64,000 nucleotides of DNA from an uncultured delta proteobacterium (lineage in GTDB: Bacteria; Desulfobacterota; Binatia; Binatales; Binataceae): contig CAWEEQ010000004.1 of the NCBI GenBank assembly GCA_963808235.1, forward strand, positions 256,001 through 320,000. Direction: 5' to 3'. Every line of letters begins with the position of its first letter. The first letter of the stretch is position 1. The notes beneath the pieces were generated by a model. That model was given only the letters and a program-made list of their open reading frames with translations. It was not told where the DNA came from and searched no databases. Positions 37,773 to 48,133 of the stretch are shown one piece after another. A program made the translations under genes and the position numbers.

Positions 37773-39011
37773 ATGTCGCGAGATGCCACTTTGCGGGTGG
37801 TCAGCTCGAACCGGTGGTTGCTGGCGATCCTTGCTCTTCAGGCCTTTACTCTGTCGATCAACGGGGTTGCGGCGCCCTGGATTATGCAGAGCTTCCATCT
37901 GAACCAAGGGAGCCTCGCTCGACTGTTTGCCTGGATCTCAGTGTCTGCGATCGGTGCGCTGATCTTAACTCGCCTGTTCGATGTGATCGGACGCTTGCGG
38001 TTGCTGCGATGGTGCGTGTTCGCGAGTTCGTTCGGCTCTATCGGCGCGGCGTTCTCGCGCAATCTCAAGGCGTTCACGCTATGCGAGATCTTGCTCGATG
38101 CGACAGCCTCCGCCGCCATTGCCGCCGCGATCGTGGTAGTGGCCGAGAAGTTGCCAGTCGCTGAACGCGCGACCGGCCAGAGCCTGGTCGGTATCGCGGT
38201 GCGAGTGGGAAGCGGGTTCAGCATCGCGCTGATGCCGCTGCTGGCATACGCCGGCTACTCGTGGCGATGGCTCCTCGTCCTTGCCGCGTTGCCGAACCTC
38301 GGACTCTACCTAATCGACGGCACGCACGATGAAATCACTGAGTTGCAGCCTGCGGTCGCGAACCGCAAGCGCGCCGACAATGCGCTGTCCGACTTGTTGG
38401 GGCCCCGTTACCGCCGGCGTGCGATCACCCTGGTCGTCTCCGCGTTGTTGAGCAGTATCGCGATTACTTCCGGCAAGAGCTGGATCTATTTCCATACCGT
38501 CTCGGTAGTAGGTAGCCCGCCAGCGGCGGCGAGCCTGATGTTGCTGATTGCCGGCGGCTTGGCGCTGACGGGATACCCGCTCGGTGCCGCATCGTGCGAG
38601 CGGTTCGGTCGCGTTCCAACGGTTTCGGGCTTCGCGCTAGTGTTGGCGATCGGCTCCGTCTGGTCATTTTGGGGTCCGCCTTCCACCTTTCGCCATCCGC
38701 TTCTGTGGCTCGGCGCAGGATTTAGCTGCTTCGGCATGGCCACCAATGCAACCAGCGTAGGCGCGAATTCTTCGGCAACAGAGCTGGTTCCGGGCGGCCT
38801 GCGGACAACGATGATCGGTTGCCGCGCCTTCGCCGGCGCGATCGGTGAGGTGACTGGCCAGGGAATCGTTGCGGCGTTGGCGCCGCGGCTGGGCGGTATC
38901 TCGAACGTAGTTGGTTATCTGGGTCTATTCGCGATCGGAGTATCGCTGCTCTTCGGTTTTCTTATCGAGGAATCGCGGGGACTGGCGCTCGAGGAAATCG
39001 CCACTGACTAG
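37773..39011 (+). CDS. MFS transporter
   Basis: About 12 TM; motif A-like DVIGRL and ERFGRV; ELVPGGLRTT; start uncertain (37674-37773). Confidence 0.8.
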   Translation: MSRDATLRVVSSNRWLLAILALQAFTLSINGVAAPWIMQSFHLNQGSLARLFAWISVSAIGALILTRLFDVIGRLRLLRWCVFASSFGSIGAAFSRNLKAFTLCEILLDATASAAIAAAIVVVAEKLPVAERATGQSLVGIAVRVGSGFSIALMPLLAYAGYSWRWLLVLAALPNLGLYLIDGTHDEITELQPAVANRKRADNALSDLLGPRYRRRAITLVVSALLSSIAITSGKSWIYFHTVSVVGSPPAAASLMLLIAGGLALTGYPLGAASCERFGRVPTVSGFALVLAIGSVWSFWGPPSTFRHPLLWLGAGFSCFGMATNATSVGANSSATELVPGGLRTTMIGCRAFAGAIGEVTGQGIVAALAPRLGGISNVVGYLGLFAIGVSLLFGFLIEESRGLALEEIATD

Positions 39012-39167
39012 GCAGAAAGTTGCGCGATGAAGACGCGTCGCAGCGCATGCCGGTCGATCCGGAAGAAGAGTCGGGTGAGAAACGAAAGCCTGCTGGAGAG
39101 TCGGCTCCGGGGCTGGTGGCCCGAGATGATTACCTCGATTGCTTCTTCCTCGATTCTGCTTCCGCGG

Positions 39168-41420
39168 CTATGACACGCGCTCGATCCTGGCGGGCACGTG
39201 CTTGTGGAACGGAGTGCCCGCGAACCAGTCGCGATCCTCGGTCACCGTCAGCTCGTTGGGCGCTACCCCGTGCTGAAATTCCTGACCTTCGCGGTCGGGG
39301 TACCACAGGCCGGTCCCGTTCGGCAGAGCGACGTGGCCGGGCAACATCGTGTCGGTCACCTCGACGACCGTCTCGGCGCTTGCACGTTTCGTGATCACTC
39401 GCACGCGGCCGCCACTCCGGACTCCGAGCCCGGTTGCGTCGGCGGGGTTCATCCAGAGCGCGCCGGCGGGATCCTTCGGGCGCCATTGCGGATCGCGAAT
39501 GATGGTGTTCGCAGTAGAGGAGCGTCGCTGGCCTGCGGATAGCACGAAGGGGAACTCCGGATCGCGAGACTGATGCTCGTCGCGAAGTGATTTGAGTTCG
39601 GGGATCAGCTCGGGGATCGTAAGATCGATCCGTCCGCCGTGAATTCTTCGCCAGGTTTCCTCGTACGGATCGAGGCTGACGACGACGCCGTCGCGACTCT
39701 TCATGATCGCATCGAACAACCCTTCGCCGAGCGCGGGGCCTTCGCCGCTGAAGCCCGCGCGACGCAGTGAGTCCGGATACCGGCGCGCGAAATTGTGCGC
39801 GATACCCCAGACCGACGCCGCATTTTCGTTGCCGGCTCCGAGCGTTGGGCCCAGCGTCTCATACAGCAGGACGGTCATCACGTTCGCCAAATGAGGGCGC
39901 TCTGAGACGACTCGCGTCAGCTCCATCGCATAAGCGACCCGTCCTTTGGCTGCGGCCGCGTGCAGCGGGGCGACGTCATCATCGGTCATCGCGCCGATCG
40001 CGCGAACCAGCCGCCGGTGAATTTCACCCTCGGGGAGCGTGCCGGGAATCGGATCGAGAATCGGGTCGCGTAGCGTGAAAGTGTTCGCGAACTCCGTCTC
40101 GGTATGAAAAGCCGCCCCGAAGAAGGTCGTCTCCCATTTTTCGTACTGCGACGACGCCGGCAAGACATAATGCGCCTCACGCGCACTCTCGCTCATCGCA
40201 ACATCGACGACCACAACGAATTCGAGCGCCCGTAGCGCTTCGCGCATCCTCGTACTGTCGGCCACTGAGTGCGCCGGATTTTCGCTTTCTATGAGCATCG
40301 CGCGGAAACGCTTGGGATGGTCGGTCAGGATTTCATCGGGGATCACGTTGGCGGGGATCATGTTGCCGATAATGCGATGCCCGCCGACCGGACTGGTCTT
40401 CGCCGAGAGTGCGCCGCCGAAGAGTCCGGTCAGGCTTGTGCCCGCATTCATTCCGCCGCGCTTCCCGACGTTGCCGGTCAGCGCGAAGAGAAGTTTCTCC
40501 AGATAAGAGTTGAGCGTGCTGTGCAGCGACTGCTCGATGCCGAGATCCTCGTAGACCGAGACGCTCGACGCGCGAGCAATTCGGCGCGCAACTTCGCGGA
40601 CCAGGTCCACGCCGAGACCGGCGCGTTCGCAGTAGTCCGCGACTGGAACGTCGTTCAGTACACCGAACAGTACGTCGCTATTTTTAGCGCGGTCGCGGAT
40701 GAAGTCGCGATCGATCAGATCTTCTTGTAGGAGGACCCCAAGAATCGCCGCGAGACAGAATGCGTCGGCGCCGGGACGCACCTGCAAATGGTAATCGGCC
40801 ATCTCCGCCGTCTCGGTGCGGCGCGGATCGATCACGATGAGCGCGCGGTTCTGGTCGGCCGAGATGTCGCGCAGGATCGGACGGGCGCGCTGGAAGCCAT
40901 GCGACTGCCACGGGTTCTTGCCGACGAATATCGCTACCTCCGATTGCTGATAGCTCCCGCCGAGGCCCGTCCCGAAGAGCATGTGGTCCACCCAGAACTC
41001 GCCGGTTTTTTCCTGGGCCAGGGCGTTGGAGCTGAAGACTGAGCCAAGCGCGTTCCGAGTGGACGCACCATAGCTGCCGACGAGATGGTTTCCCTGGCCG
41101 CCACCGCCGTAATAGAAGATGCTCGCGCCGCCCCATCGATCGCGTACCTTGACGAAGCCTGCCGCTACCTCGCGAATCGCAGTGTCCCAGTCAACTTCCT
41201 CAAAAGTGCCGTCGGGCCTGCGCCGCAGCGGCGACGTGAGCCGATCGCGCCCGTTCTGGTAGTAGTCGAGACGCTGTGCCTTCTCGCAAGCATAGCCGCG
41301 CGATGCGACGTGGGCGCGATTGCCGCGGACACGCGCGATGTGGCGTCCGTCGAGCTTCACCTCGACTCCGCAGTTGACCGAACAGAGGATGCACACTGTC
41401 GGCTGCCATCCGTCGCTCAT
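39168..41420 (-). CDS. Molybdopterin-dependent oxidoreductase (DMSO reductase family)
   Basis: CILCSVNCG...CEK Fe-S motif, RLTSPL, IDPRRTETA, C-terminal molydop-binding domain; AGGAG SD. Confidence 0.92.
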   Translation of the reverse strand: MSDGWQPTVCILCSVNCGVEVKLDGRHIARVRGNRAHVASRGYACEKAQRLDYYQNGRDRLTSPLRRRPDGTFEEVDWDTAIREVAAGFVKVRDRWGGASIFYYGGGGQGNHLVGSYGASTRNALGSVFSSNALAQEKTGEFWVDHMLFGTGLGGSYQQSEVAIFVGKNPWQSHGFQRARPILRDISADQNRALIVIDPRRTETAEMADYHLQVRPGADAFCLAAILGVLLQEDLIDRDFIRDRAKNSDVLFGVLNDVPVADYCERAGLGVDLVREVARRIARASSVSVYEDLGIEQSLHSTLNSYLEKLLFALTGNVGKRGGMNAGTSLTGLFGGALSAKTSPVGGHRIIGNMIPANVIPDEILTDHPKRFRAMLIESENPAHSVADSTRMREALRALEFVVVVDVAMSESAREAHYVLPASSQYEKWETTFFGAAFHTETEFANTFTLRDPILDPIPGTLPEGEIHRRLVRAIGAMTDDDVAPLHAAAAKGRVAYAMELTRVVSERPHLANVMTVLLYETLGPTLGAGNENAASVWGIAHNFARRYPDSLRRAGFSGEGPALGEGLFDAIMKSRDGVVVSLDPYEETWRRIHGGRIDLTIPELIPELKSLRDEHQSRDPEFPFVLSAGQRRSSTANTIIRDPQWRPKDPAGALWMNPADATGLGVRSGGRVRVITKRASAETVVEVTDTMLPGHVALPNGTGLWYPDREGQEFQHGVAPNELTVTEDRDWFAGTPFHKHVPARIERVS

Positions 41421-41488
41421 GTGTAGAACTCCTGGGCTGCGCTTGAAGGTTGCTTCTCAGCACCTTTACCAGAGAGCAGACCGTCGAG

Positions 41489-41848
41489 CTACAACGACTC
41501 CGGATGCGTCTCCTGGAAGTAATCGGAACCGATCTCAGCGCTTGGAATATGTGCCGCAATGGCGAGAACCGGCACCGAGCTCCGATGGCAATCGAAGAGC
41601 CCGTTGATAAGGTGAAGGTTGCCCGGACCGCAACTCCCGGCGCAGACGGCCAGATCGCCGGTGACGTGCGCGTCGGCGCCGGCCGCGAAGGCCGCCACTT
41701 CCTCGTGGCGCACGTGGACCCATTCGATGGTTTTCTGTCGGCGCATCGCGTCGGTGATCCCATTGAGCGAATCGCCAACTATCCCGTAGATTCTCTTAAC
41801 CCCGGCGCCCGCGAGCGTCGCTACCAGGCTTTCTGCCACTGTCGTCAC
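41489..41848 (-). pseudogene. poxB: Truncated pyruvate oxidase/dehydrogenase PoxB (N-terminal 119 aa)
   Basis: [38 protein letters not shown] then stop; only about 70 nt remain before the next gene. Confidence 0.85.
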
Positions 41849-41879
41849 AGTTCCACTCCTTCAACTTGCCGGTGCAAAG

Positions 41880-42683
41880 TTAGTGCGCGTCCTCGTGAGA
41901 TGGATGTTGCCTGACGCCGGGGATAACCAACGGTTCACGGTGGCGATGCCACGCCGCGCGAATCAGGTCGCGGTTCATCCTTCCGATGAACTCGATCGGT
42001 ATTTCCTTGGGGCACACCGCTTCACACTCGCCATGATTCGTGCAACTGCCGAACAGTTCGTCTTTCATCGCAGCCACCATGCTGACGGTTCGCTGGTCGC
42101 GCTGAGGCTGACCCTGGGGAAGTGCGTTGAGGTGCGTGAGCTTTGCGGAGGTGAAGAGCATCGCGGCTGCGTTCGGACAGGCGGCAACGCACGCGCCACA
42201 GCCGATGCAAGCGGCCGCATCGAAGGCAGTATCCGCGTCCTCCTTGGGGACGAGAACCGCGTTGGCATCGGGAGCGCTTCCCGTGGGCGCGCTGATGAAG
42301 CCACCCGCTTGAATAATTCGGTCGAACGCCGACCGGTTAACTATAAGGTCTCGGATCACCGGGAAGGCCTGCGCGCGCCATGGCTCCAGGGTGAGTGCGT
42401 CACCATCTTTGAAGAAGCGCATCGAGAGTTGGCACACTGTCGTGCCTCGATGGCCGCCGTGCGCGACACCATTGATCAGGAACCCGCATGAGCCGCAGAT
42501 CCCCTCACGGCAATCGTGCTCAAAGGCGACCGGCGGCTCTCCGCGGTTGAGGAGATCCTCGTTCAGCGCGTCGAGCATCTCCAGGAACGACATGTCCTTC
42601 GTCACGTCCTTCACCTGGTAGGTGACGAACTTTCCCGCCGTGTCCAGGTTTAGCTGCCGCCAAATCTTCAGTGTTAAGTTCAT
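41880..42683 (-). CDS. sdhB: Succinate dehydrogenase/fumarate reductase Fe-S subunit
   Basis: [32 protein letters not shown]. Confidence 0.95.
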   Translation of the reverse strand: MNLTLKIWRQLNLDTAGKFVTYQVKDVTKDMSFLEMLDALNEDLLNRGEPPVAFEHDCREGICGSCGFLINGVAHGGHRGTTVCQLSMRFFKDGDALTLEPWRAQAFPVIRDLIVNRSAFDRIIQAGGFISAPTGSAPDANAVLVPKEDADTAFDAAACIGCGACVAACPNAAAMLFTSAKLTHLNALPQGQPQRDQRTVSMVAAMKDELFGSCTNHGECEAVCPKEIPIEFIGRMNRDLIRAAWHRHREPLVIPGVRQHPSHEDAH

Positions 42684-42685
42684 GG

Positions 42686-44596
42686 CTATTTGTAACTCCG
42701 CTGCGCGAGGTGAACGTACTCGAAGCTGAGCGGTTCCTTGTGTAGAGCGGGCGCCTGACCCGACCCTTTCCACTCCCAAGCCGCGCTGTACGAGAAATTC
42801 CCGTCGTCTCGTTTCGCCTCACCCTCGGGAGTCTGGCTCTCCACACGGAAGTGGCCTCCGCATGATTCTCTTCGGTCCAGGGCGTCGATACACATGAGCT
42901 CGGCGAGTTCGAGAAAGTCGGAAACCCGATTCGCCTTCTCGAGCGACTGGTTCAATTCCTCGCCGCTACCGATCACTCGAAGGTTGCGCCAGAACTCCTC
43001 TCGCAGTTCCGGGATCCTGGCGAGAGCGTTGCGCAAACCGGCTTCCGACCGGGCCATGCCGCAGTCGTCCCACATGATCTTTCCGAGTTCCCTATGAAAT
43101 GAATCGGGACTACGGCTGCCGTTGATGCCGAGAAGTTTCGCGATGCGTTGCTCGACATCATCGCTGGTGGCCGCAAACGCGGGATGGGAAATGTCCACCG
43201 GCTCCAGTTTGGTTGTTGCCAGGTAGTCGGGCACGGTCGCAGGTATAACGAAGTAGCCATCCGCCAGACCTTGCATGAGCGCGCTGGCGCCGAGCCGGTT
43301 GGCGCCGTGATCAGAAAAGTTCGCTTCACCCGCCACAAACAGTCCCGGGATGGTCGACATCAGGTGGTAGTCCACCCACAGCCCGCCCATCGTGTAGTGG
43401 GGCGCGGGATAGATGCGCATCGGCACGGTGTACGCATCCTCTCCGGTGATCCGCTCGTAAATGTCGAACAGGTTGCCGTACTTCCCACGAACCGTTTCCA
43501 GACCAAGGCGCTCGATGGCTTCCGCGAAGTCCAGGTAAACGCCTTGCCCATGCGGCCCGACGCCGCGGCCTTCATCGCAAACGTCCTTGGCGTTTCGCGA
43601 CGCAACGTCGCGTGGCACGAGGTTGCCAAAACTCGGGTAGCGGCGTTCGAGATAATAGTCGCGCTCAGTTTCCGGGATATCCTTCGCAGCGCGGGTTTCT
43701 CCCTTCTTTTTTGGCACCCATACTCGTCCATCGTTGCGCAGCGACTCCGACATCAGCGTCAGCTTCGACTGATGCTCGCTGCTGAGCGGGATACATGTCG
43801 GGTGAATCTGGGTGAAGCACGGATTGGCGAAGAGGGCGCCGCGGCGATGGGCGCGCCAGATGGCCGTGCAGTTGCACGCCTTCGCATTGGTCGACAGGTA
43901 GAAGACGTTGGAGTACCCGCCCGTCGCCAGCACCACCACATCGGCTGCGTGACACTGGATTTTCCCGTCCACCAGGTCCCGCGTGACAATGCCACGTGCG
44001 ATGCCATCGACGATCACCACGTCGAGCAGTTCGCAGCGGGTGTGCATCGTCACGGTGCCGGCCGCGATCTGCTCTTCCAGGGCCTGGTAAGCGCCCAGCA
44101 ACAACTGCTGACCGGTCTGACCGCGCGCGTAAAAAGTTCGTTGGACCTGCACCCCGCCGAACGAGCGCGTATCGAGAAGTCCGCCGTACTCGCGCGCGAA
44201 CGGCACTCCCTGCGCCACGCACTGGTCGATTATGTTGAGGCTGACCTGCGCGAGGCGGTACACGTTCGCCTCCCGTGAGCGAAAGTCGCCGCCCTTAACC
44301 GTGTCGTAAAAGAGGCGGAAGATGCTGTCGCCGTCATTGCGGTAGTTCTTCGCCGCATTGATCCCTCCCTGCGCCGCGATCGAGTGCGCGCGGCGTGGGG
44401 TGTCGTGATAGGAAAAGCATTGGACGTGATAGCCTTGCTGACCCAGAGTGGCGGCGGCCGCGGCGCCGGCCAGACCTGCGCCCACCAAGATTATGGTGTG
44501 CTTGCGGCGGTTGGCGGGGTTCACCAACTTCATGTCGAAGCGGCATTTGTCCCAACTCTGCTCGATCGGTCCGGGCGGAATCCTGGCTTCAAGCAT
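42686..44596 (-). CDS. sdhA: Succinate dehydrogenase/fumarate reductase flavoprotein
   Basis: [40 protein letters not shown]; GGAGG SD before ATG 44596. Confidence 0.95.
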   Translation of the reverse strand: MLEARIPPGPIEQSWDKCRFDMKLVNPANRRKHTIILVGAGLAGAAAAATLGQQGYHVQCFSYHDTPRRAHSIAAQGGINAAKNYRNDGDSIFRLFYDTVKGGDFRSREANVYRLAQVSLNIIDQCVAQGVPFAREYGGLLDTRSFGGVQVQRTFYARGQTGQQLLLGAYQALEEQIAAGTVTMHTRCELLDVVIVDGIARGIVTRDLVDGKIQCHAADVVVLATGGYSNVFYLSTNAKACNCTAIWRAHRRGALFANPCFTQIHPTCIPLSSEHQSKLTLMSESLRNDGRVWVPKKKGETRAAKDIPETERDYYLERRYPSFGNLVPRDVASRNAKDVCDEGRGVGPHGQGVYLDFAEAIERLGLETVRGKYGNLFDIYERITGEDAYTVPMRIYPAPHYTMGGLWVDYHLMSTIPGLFVAGEANFSDHGANRLGASALMQGLADGYFVIPATVPDYLATTKLEPVDISHPAFAATSDDVEQRIAKLLGINGSRSPDSFHRELGKIMWDDCGMARSEAGLRNALARIPELREEFWRNLRVIGSGEELNQSLEKANRVSDFLELAELMCIDALDRRESCGGHFRVESQTPEGEAKRDDGNFSYSAAWEWKGSGQAPALHKEPLSFEYVHLAQRSYK

Positions 44597-44610
44597 GTTC
44601 GCCTCCATCA

Positions 44611-45375
44611 TCAATGCACCATGCCTGTCATCACCGCGACCGGAACCGACACGAAACCCGCAAACACGACGATGGCGAGGACCCGCGATACGGCCTTGAG
44701 CGTCGCGGTATTCCGGGCGGTGCTCCAGCCGAGCGTTTGCAGGATGCTCCAGATCCCGTGGTCGAGATGCAGGCACAGCGCGCCCATCGCGATGATGTAA
44801 AAGACTGCGATCGGCCATACGGAGAACCCGGCGACCACGTTCTGGTACACGTGCAAGTCTTTGAACTGTCCCGGCCTGAACCCGACCGCACCCAGCGTGA
44901 AATGCGCGATGTGGAAGACGATGAAGATCGCGAGCAGCATCCCGCCCCAGCGCATCGTGAGCGCGGCGAATGAGGTCTCGACATCCTTTTTGGTTTCGTA
45001 GCCAACGGGCCTCGCCTTCCAATTCATGCGCGTCAGTTGGTAGGCGGCTGTGATGTGAAGCGTCACGCAGGCCAGGAGGACAATGCGCACTAACCAGAGC
45101 GCGTCACCGTAGCCAAGTTCCGGCTCGCCCACCGTGCGCAAAAATCGCGAGTAGGCGTTAATCTGGTCGGGTCCGATGAAAATCTTCAGATTTCCGAGCA
45201 TGTGAGCGATCACGAAGCCGACAAGAACGATGCCGGTGACTGCCATGAAGACTTTCTTGCCGATCGCCGAATCCCAGAACAGCGCTAGCCTGTTAGGGGT
45301 TAGCCCGATCGGATGCTGCGCTGCTTGCCCCACGGCCTGAGCAACGGACTTACGTTCCGCAACAGACACTGCCAT
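44611..45375 (-). CDS. sdhC: Succinate dehydrogenase cytochrome b558 subunit
   Basis: [19 protein letters not shown], 5 TM with His ligands. Confidence 0.92.
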   Translation of the reverse strand: MAVSVAERKSVAQAVGQAAQHPIGLTPNRLALFWDSAIGKKVFMAVTGIVLVGFVIAHMLGNLKIFIGPDQINAYSRFLRTVGEPELGYGDALWLVRIVLLACVTLHITAAYQLTRMNWKARPVGYETKKDVETSFAALTMRWGGMLLAIFIVFHIAHFTLGAVGFRPGQFKDLHVYQNVVAGFSVWPIAVFYIIAMGALCLHLDHGIWSILQTLGWSTARNTATLKAVSRVLAIVVFAGFVSVPVAVMTGMVH

Positions 45376-45775
45376 GTGATCGCTCCTCTACAACGCTGTG
45401 AATATGGGTGGCGCAGCGTTATCTAATTCCCGGCCACGTAAAGATGAACCATCTTTGCCGAATCGACAACGCGATCGCACTGCTCTTCCGTCACGGAGGC
45501 GAGCTTCAACGCCGCGGCCTCAGCGTCAGATCATCATCTATCGCGTAGTGCGCAATTTTCGAAGTTTTGACATAGCTGCGTGCGAGTTTGAGGATGGCAT
45601 CCGCACTCGCCCGCGGAGCTCTCGACCGCAGCTCGCGCCATCACTGGTAGACGGCTTGATTCCCGGCGCAGGACGCGGTCTCTCTCTACTCCCGTTCAGA
45701 ATGCGTGAAAAACGGCTGCGCAGGGTGGCGACCCGCTCGAGCGTACAGCCTCGGTGGTCGTAATCAGCGGGAAGA

Positions 45776-48133
45776 CTAATTGACGGACGCAAGCACTCTG
45801 AGATGCTCCGCTACTGCGCGGCCCTGCTGATCGATTGCGCGAACCAGGAATGATCCGGGGCGCGCTTTCCACATGAACGATTCGCCGGAGCGTGAGGTTC
45901 CTACAAGTTGATCGTCGACGAACCAATATACGACCCGGCTGTCAGCGTCGATGACGGCGGCGAAAGGAATCTCAGTGCCACCATCCGGCGCAGTAGAATA
46001 CATGATGCCGCGGCTTGGTGACGAGATCAGCGGGGGAGTGCCGTTACCGGCGAACCTGCGGCAAGCAGGATCAAGCGGCGGCGGCATTTTCCTCTCGAGT
46101 CCCGCCGAACGGAACAGCTTCAGAAGGTCTGAAGGCCAGAACTCAAAAGTGCGTGTAGTGGTAGTGACTGCGCTGGCGTTGCCCGGGCAAGCGCGAAGGC
46201 CGGAGTGGTTGTCGACCTGGACAGCGCGATGGATCGAACAGGTCGCGATTGGCGACTTGCCGGGAATGAAAAGCGTTTCCTTGAAATGATTGCAGTACGG
46301 ACCGGGAAGTTGACCGGAAAGCGCACACACCTTTATTCGCTTCAAATTGAGATGCTGGCGGACGATTGCTTCGCGCAGCGATCCTCGCGCCCGGAGTGCG
46401 TCGGCGATATGGAAAAACAACGGTCCCGCGGCTTCGCGCCCGATGAAGTTCGCGTTCGGCGTGCCGTCGAAATTCCCGATCCACACTCCGAGCACGTACG
46501 GGCCAACGATGCCCATCGCCCACGCGTCGCGCAGACCGAACGAAGTGCCGGTTTTCCATGGGATAGCGGATGTGTTCGGTACCTGCGATGTAGTGAAGTC
46601 ATCGGCGGGCCGCGGATTCTCGCGCAGCATCTCGAGCACCGAGAAGCTCGCCTCCGGACTCAGCAGCGTCAGCGAATTTCCGGTCGCCGCCGACTGAGAA
46701 GTCATGAAGACCAGCGGCCGCAACTGACCGCCGCTCGCGAGCATCGCGTAAAGGCCGGCCAGTTCCTCCATGCTCACTTCGGCGCCGCCCAGCGCGAGCG
46801 CCAGGCCGTAGAAGTTCTCGTCGCGAAGGTTCTTGATGCCCGCCTTCTTCAGAAAACCGTTTAGTCCCGGCGGCCGAAGCATGTTCGCGACCTCGATCGC
46901 AGGCACGTTGCGGCTGCGGACCAACGCACTGGTGGCATCGATTGGCCCCAGGAAATCGTGGTCGTAGTTTTCCGGATTGTACGCCGCGATCCGTAGCGCG
47001 GTGTCCTTGAGCATCGTGCGCGGATGGATCAATCCCTGGTCGATTGCGAGCGCGTAAATGAAAGGTTTGAGCGCAGAGCCCGGCGAGCGGCGGCCGAGCA
47101 ACCCGTTTACCTGCCCGTCGATCTGATTCTCGAAGTAGTTGGCCGAGCCGACGTAGCCTTTCACCTGCATTGTTCGATAGTCGACCAAAATCACCGCGCC
47201 ATTGCGGATCCCCAAGCGGTGACCGCGTTCGATGAAGGTGTGGAGTTGAAGCTCGAGCAGACTTTGAATCGTGGGATCCAGGGTGGACGTGACGCGTCCG
47301 GAGTCGCTGATGGCGAGTACTCGATCGACCATGTGAGGCGCTCGATGGGGTAGTTCGCTTCGGCTCGCGGCGTGAACGAGCATCGTCACCTCCGGATTGG
47401 GCATCCCGGAAGGATGGCTGCTCGCCCATAGCGCGCCGATTCTCAGCCGAGCCCGGTCGAGAGCCTCATGGCCGGAACGGCGCAACGGGTTTCTGCGACT
47501 CGGACTTTGCGGAATGACGGAGAGCGTCAGAGCTTGCGCGAGCGAGAGTTGTTTCGGCGGCTCGTGAAAATAAACCAGGCTCGCAGCGGCGACGCCTTCG
47601 ATGTTGCCGCCATAGGGCGCGATATTAAGGTAGGCCTCGAGAATCTCGTCCTTGCTATAGAAGCGTTCAAGTTCGATCGCTCGGGCGATTTGCTGAATCT
47701 TTCCGTGCAGAGTTCGCGAGTCGATGCCGAAGCGATCTCGCGCGAGTTGCATCGTGATCGTGGAGCCGCCGATTCTCCGGCCGCCACTTAAGTACGTCGC
47801 GCAGAAGGCACGCAGCAGCGAGACGGGATTCACTCCGCGATGCCATCGGAACCACGCGTCCTCTTGCAGCAGGGTCGCTTCGATCATTGTCGCCGGAATT
47901 TCTTGCAGTGGCACCCATAGCCGATACTTCTCGTCGCTCGAGAGCGTCAGGCGCAACAGGTGTCCGTCGCTATCGTAAACCGCTTGCGAGAAACCGGCTT
48001 TGTTGACCAGCAGAGGTTTGGGCTGCAGGCCAAGCAGTACCCACGCGACGGCGGCAATCGCGATAAGGGAGGTCACGCCCCAACCGAGGAGGACACCTAG
48101 TCTGCGAATCGTGTCTGGTCGGCCGATAGTCAT
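45776..48133 (-). CDS. pbpC: Penicillin-binding protein 1C
   Basis: GGSTITMQLAR, SPGSALKPF (SxxK), SRN, KTGTS; ATGA overlap with the A2M gene. Confidence 0.94.
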   Translation of the reverse strand: MTIGRPDTIRRLGVLLGWGVTSLIAIAAVAWVLLGLQPKPLLVNKAGFSQAVYDSDGHLLRLTLSSDEKYRLWVPLQEIPATMIEATLLQEDAWFRWHRGVNPVSLLRAFCATYLSGGRRIGGSTITMQLARDRFGIDSRTLHGKIQQIARAIELERFYSKDEILEAYLNIAPYGGNIEGVAAASLVYFHEPPKQLSLAQALTLSVIPQSPSRRNPLRRSGHEALDRARLRIGALWASSHPSGMPNPEVTMLVHAASRSELPHRAPHMVDRVLAISDSGRVTSTLDPTIQSLLELQLHTFIERGHRLGIRNGAVILVDYRTMQVKGYVGSANYFENQIDGQVNGLLGRRSPGSALKPFIYALAIDQGLIHPRTMLKDTALRIAAYNPENYDHDFLGPIDATSALVRSRNVPAIEVANMLRPPGLNGFLKKAGIKNLRDENFYGLALALGGAEVSMEELAGLYAMLASGGQLRPLVFMTSQSAATGNSLTLLSPEASFSVLEMLRENPRPADDFTTSQVPNTSAIPWKTGTSFGLRDAWAMGIVGPYVLGVWIGNFDGTPNANFIGREAAGPLFFHIADALRARGSLREAIVRQHLNLKRIKVCALSGQLPGPYCNHFKETLFIPGKSPIATCSIHRAVQVDNHSGLRACPGNASAVTTTTRTFEFWPSDLLKLFRSAGLERKMPPPLDPACRRFAGNGTPPLISSPSRGIMYSTAPDGGTEIPFAAVIDADSRVVYWFVDDQLVGTSRSGESFMWKARPGSFLVRAIDQQGRAVAEHLRVLASVN

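Noticed and set aside
45376-45775. 400-nt gap with small ORFs between sdhC and pbpC
   Set aside because: No recognisable motif, repeat or RNA structure; probably promoter region plus remnant sequence.
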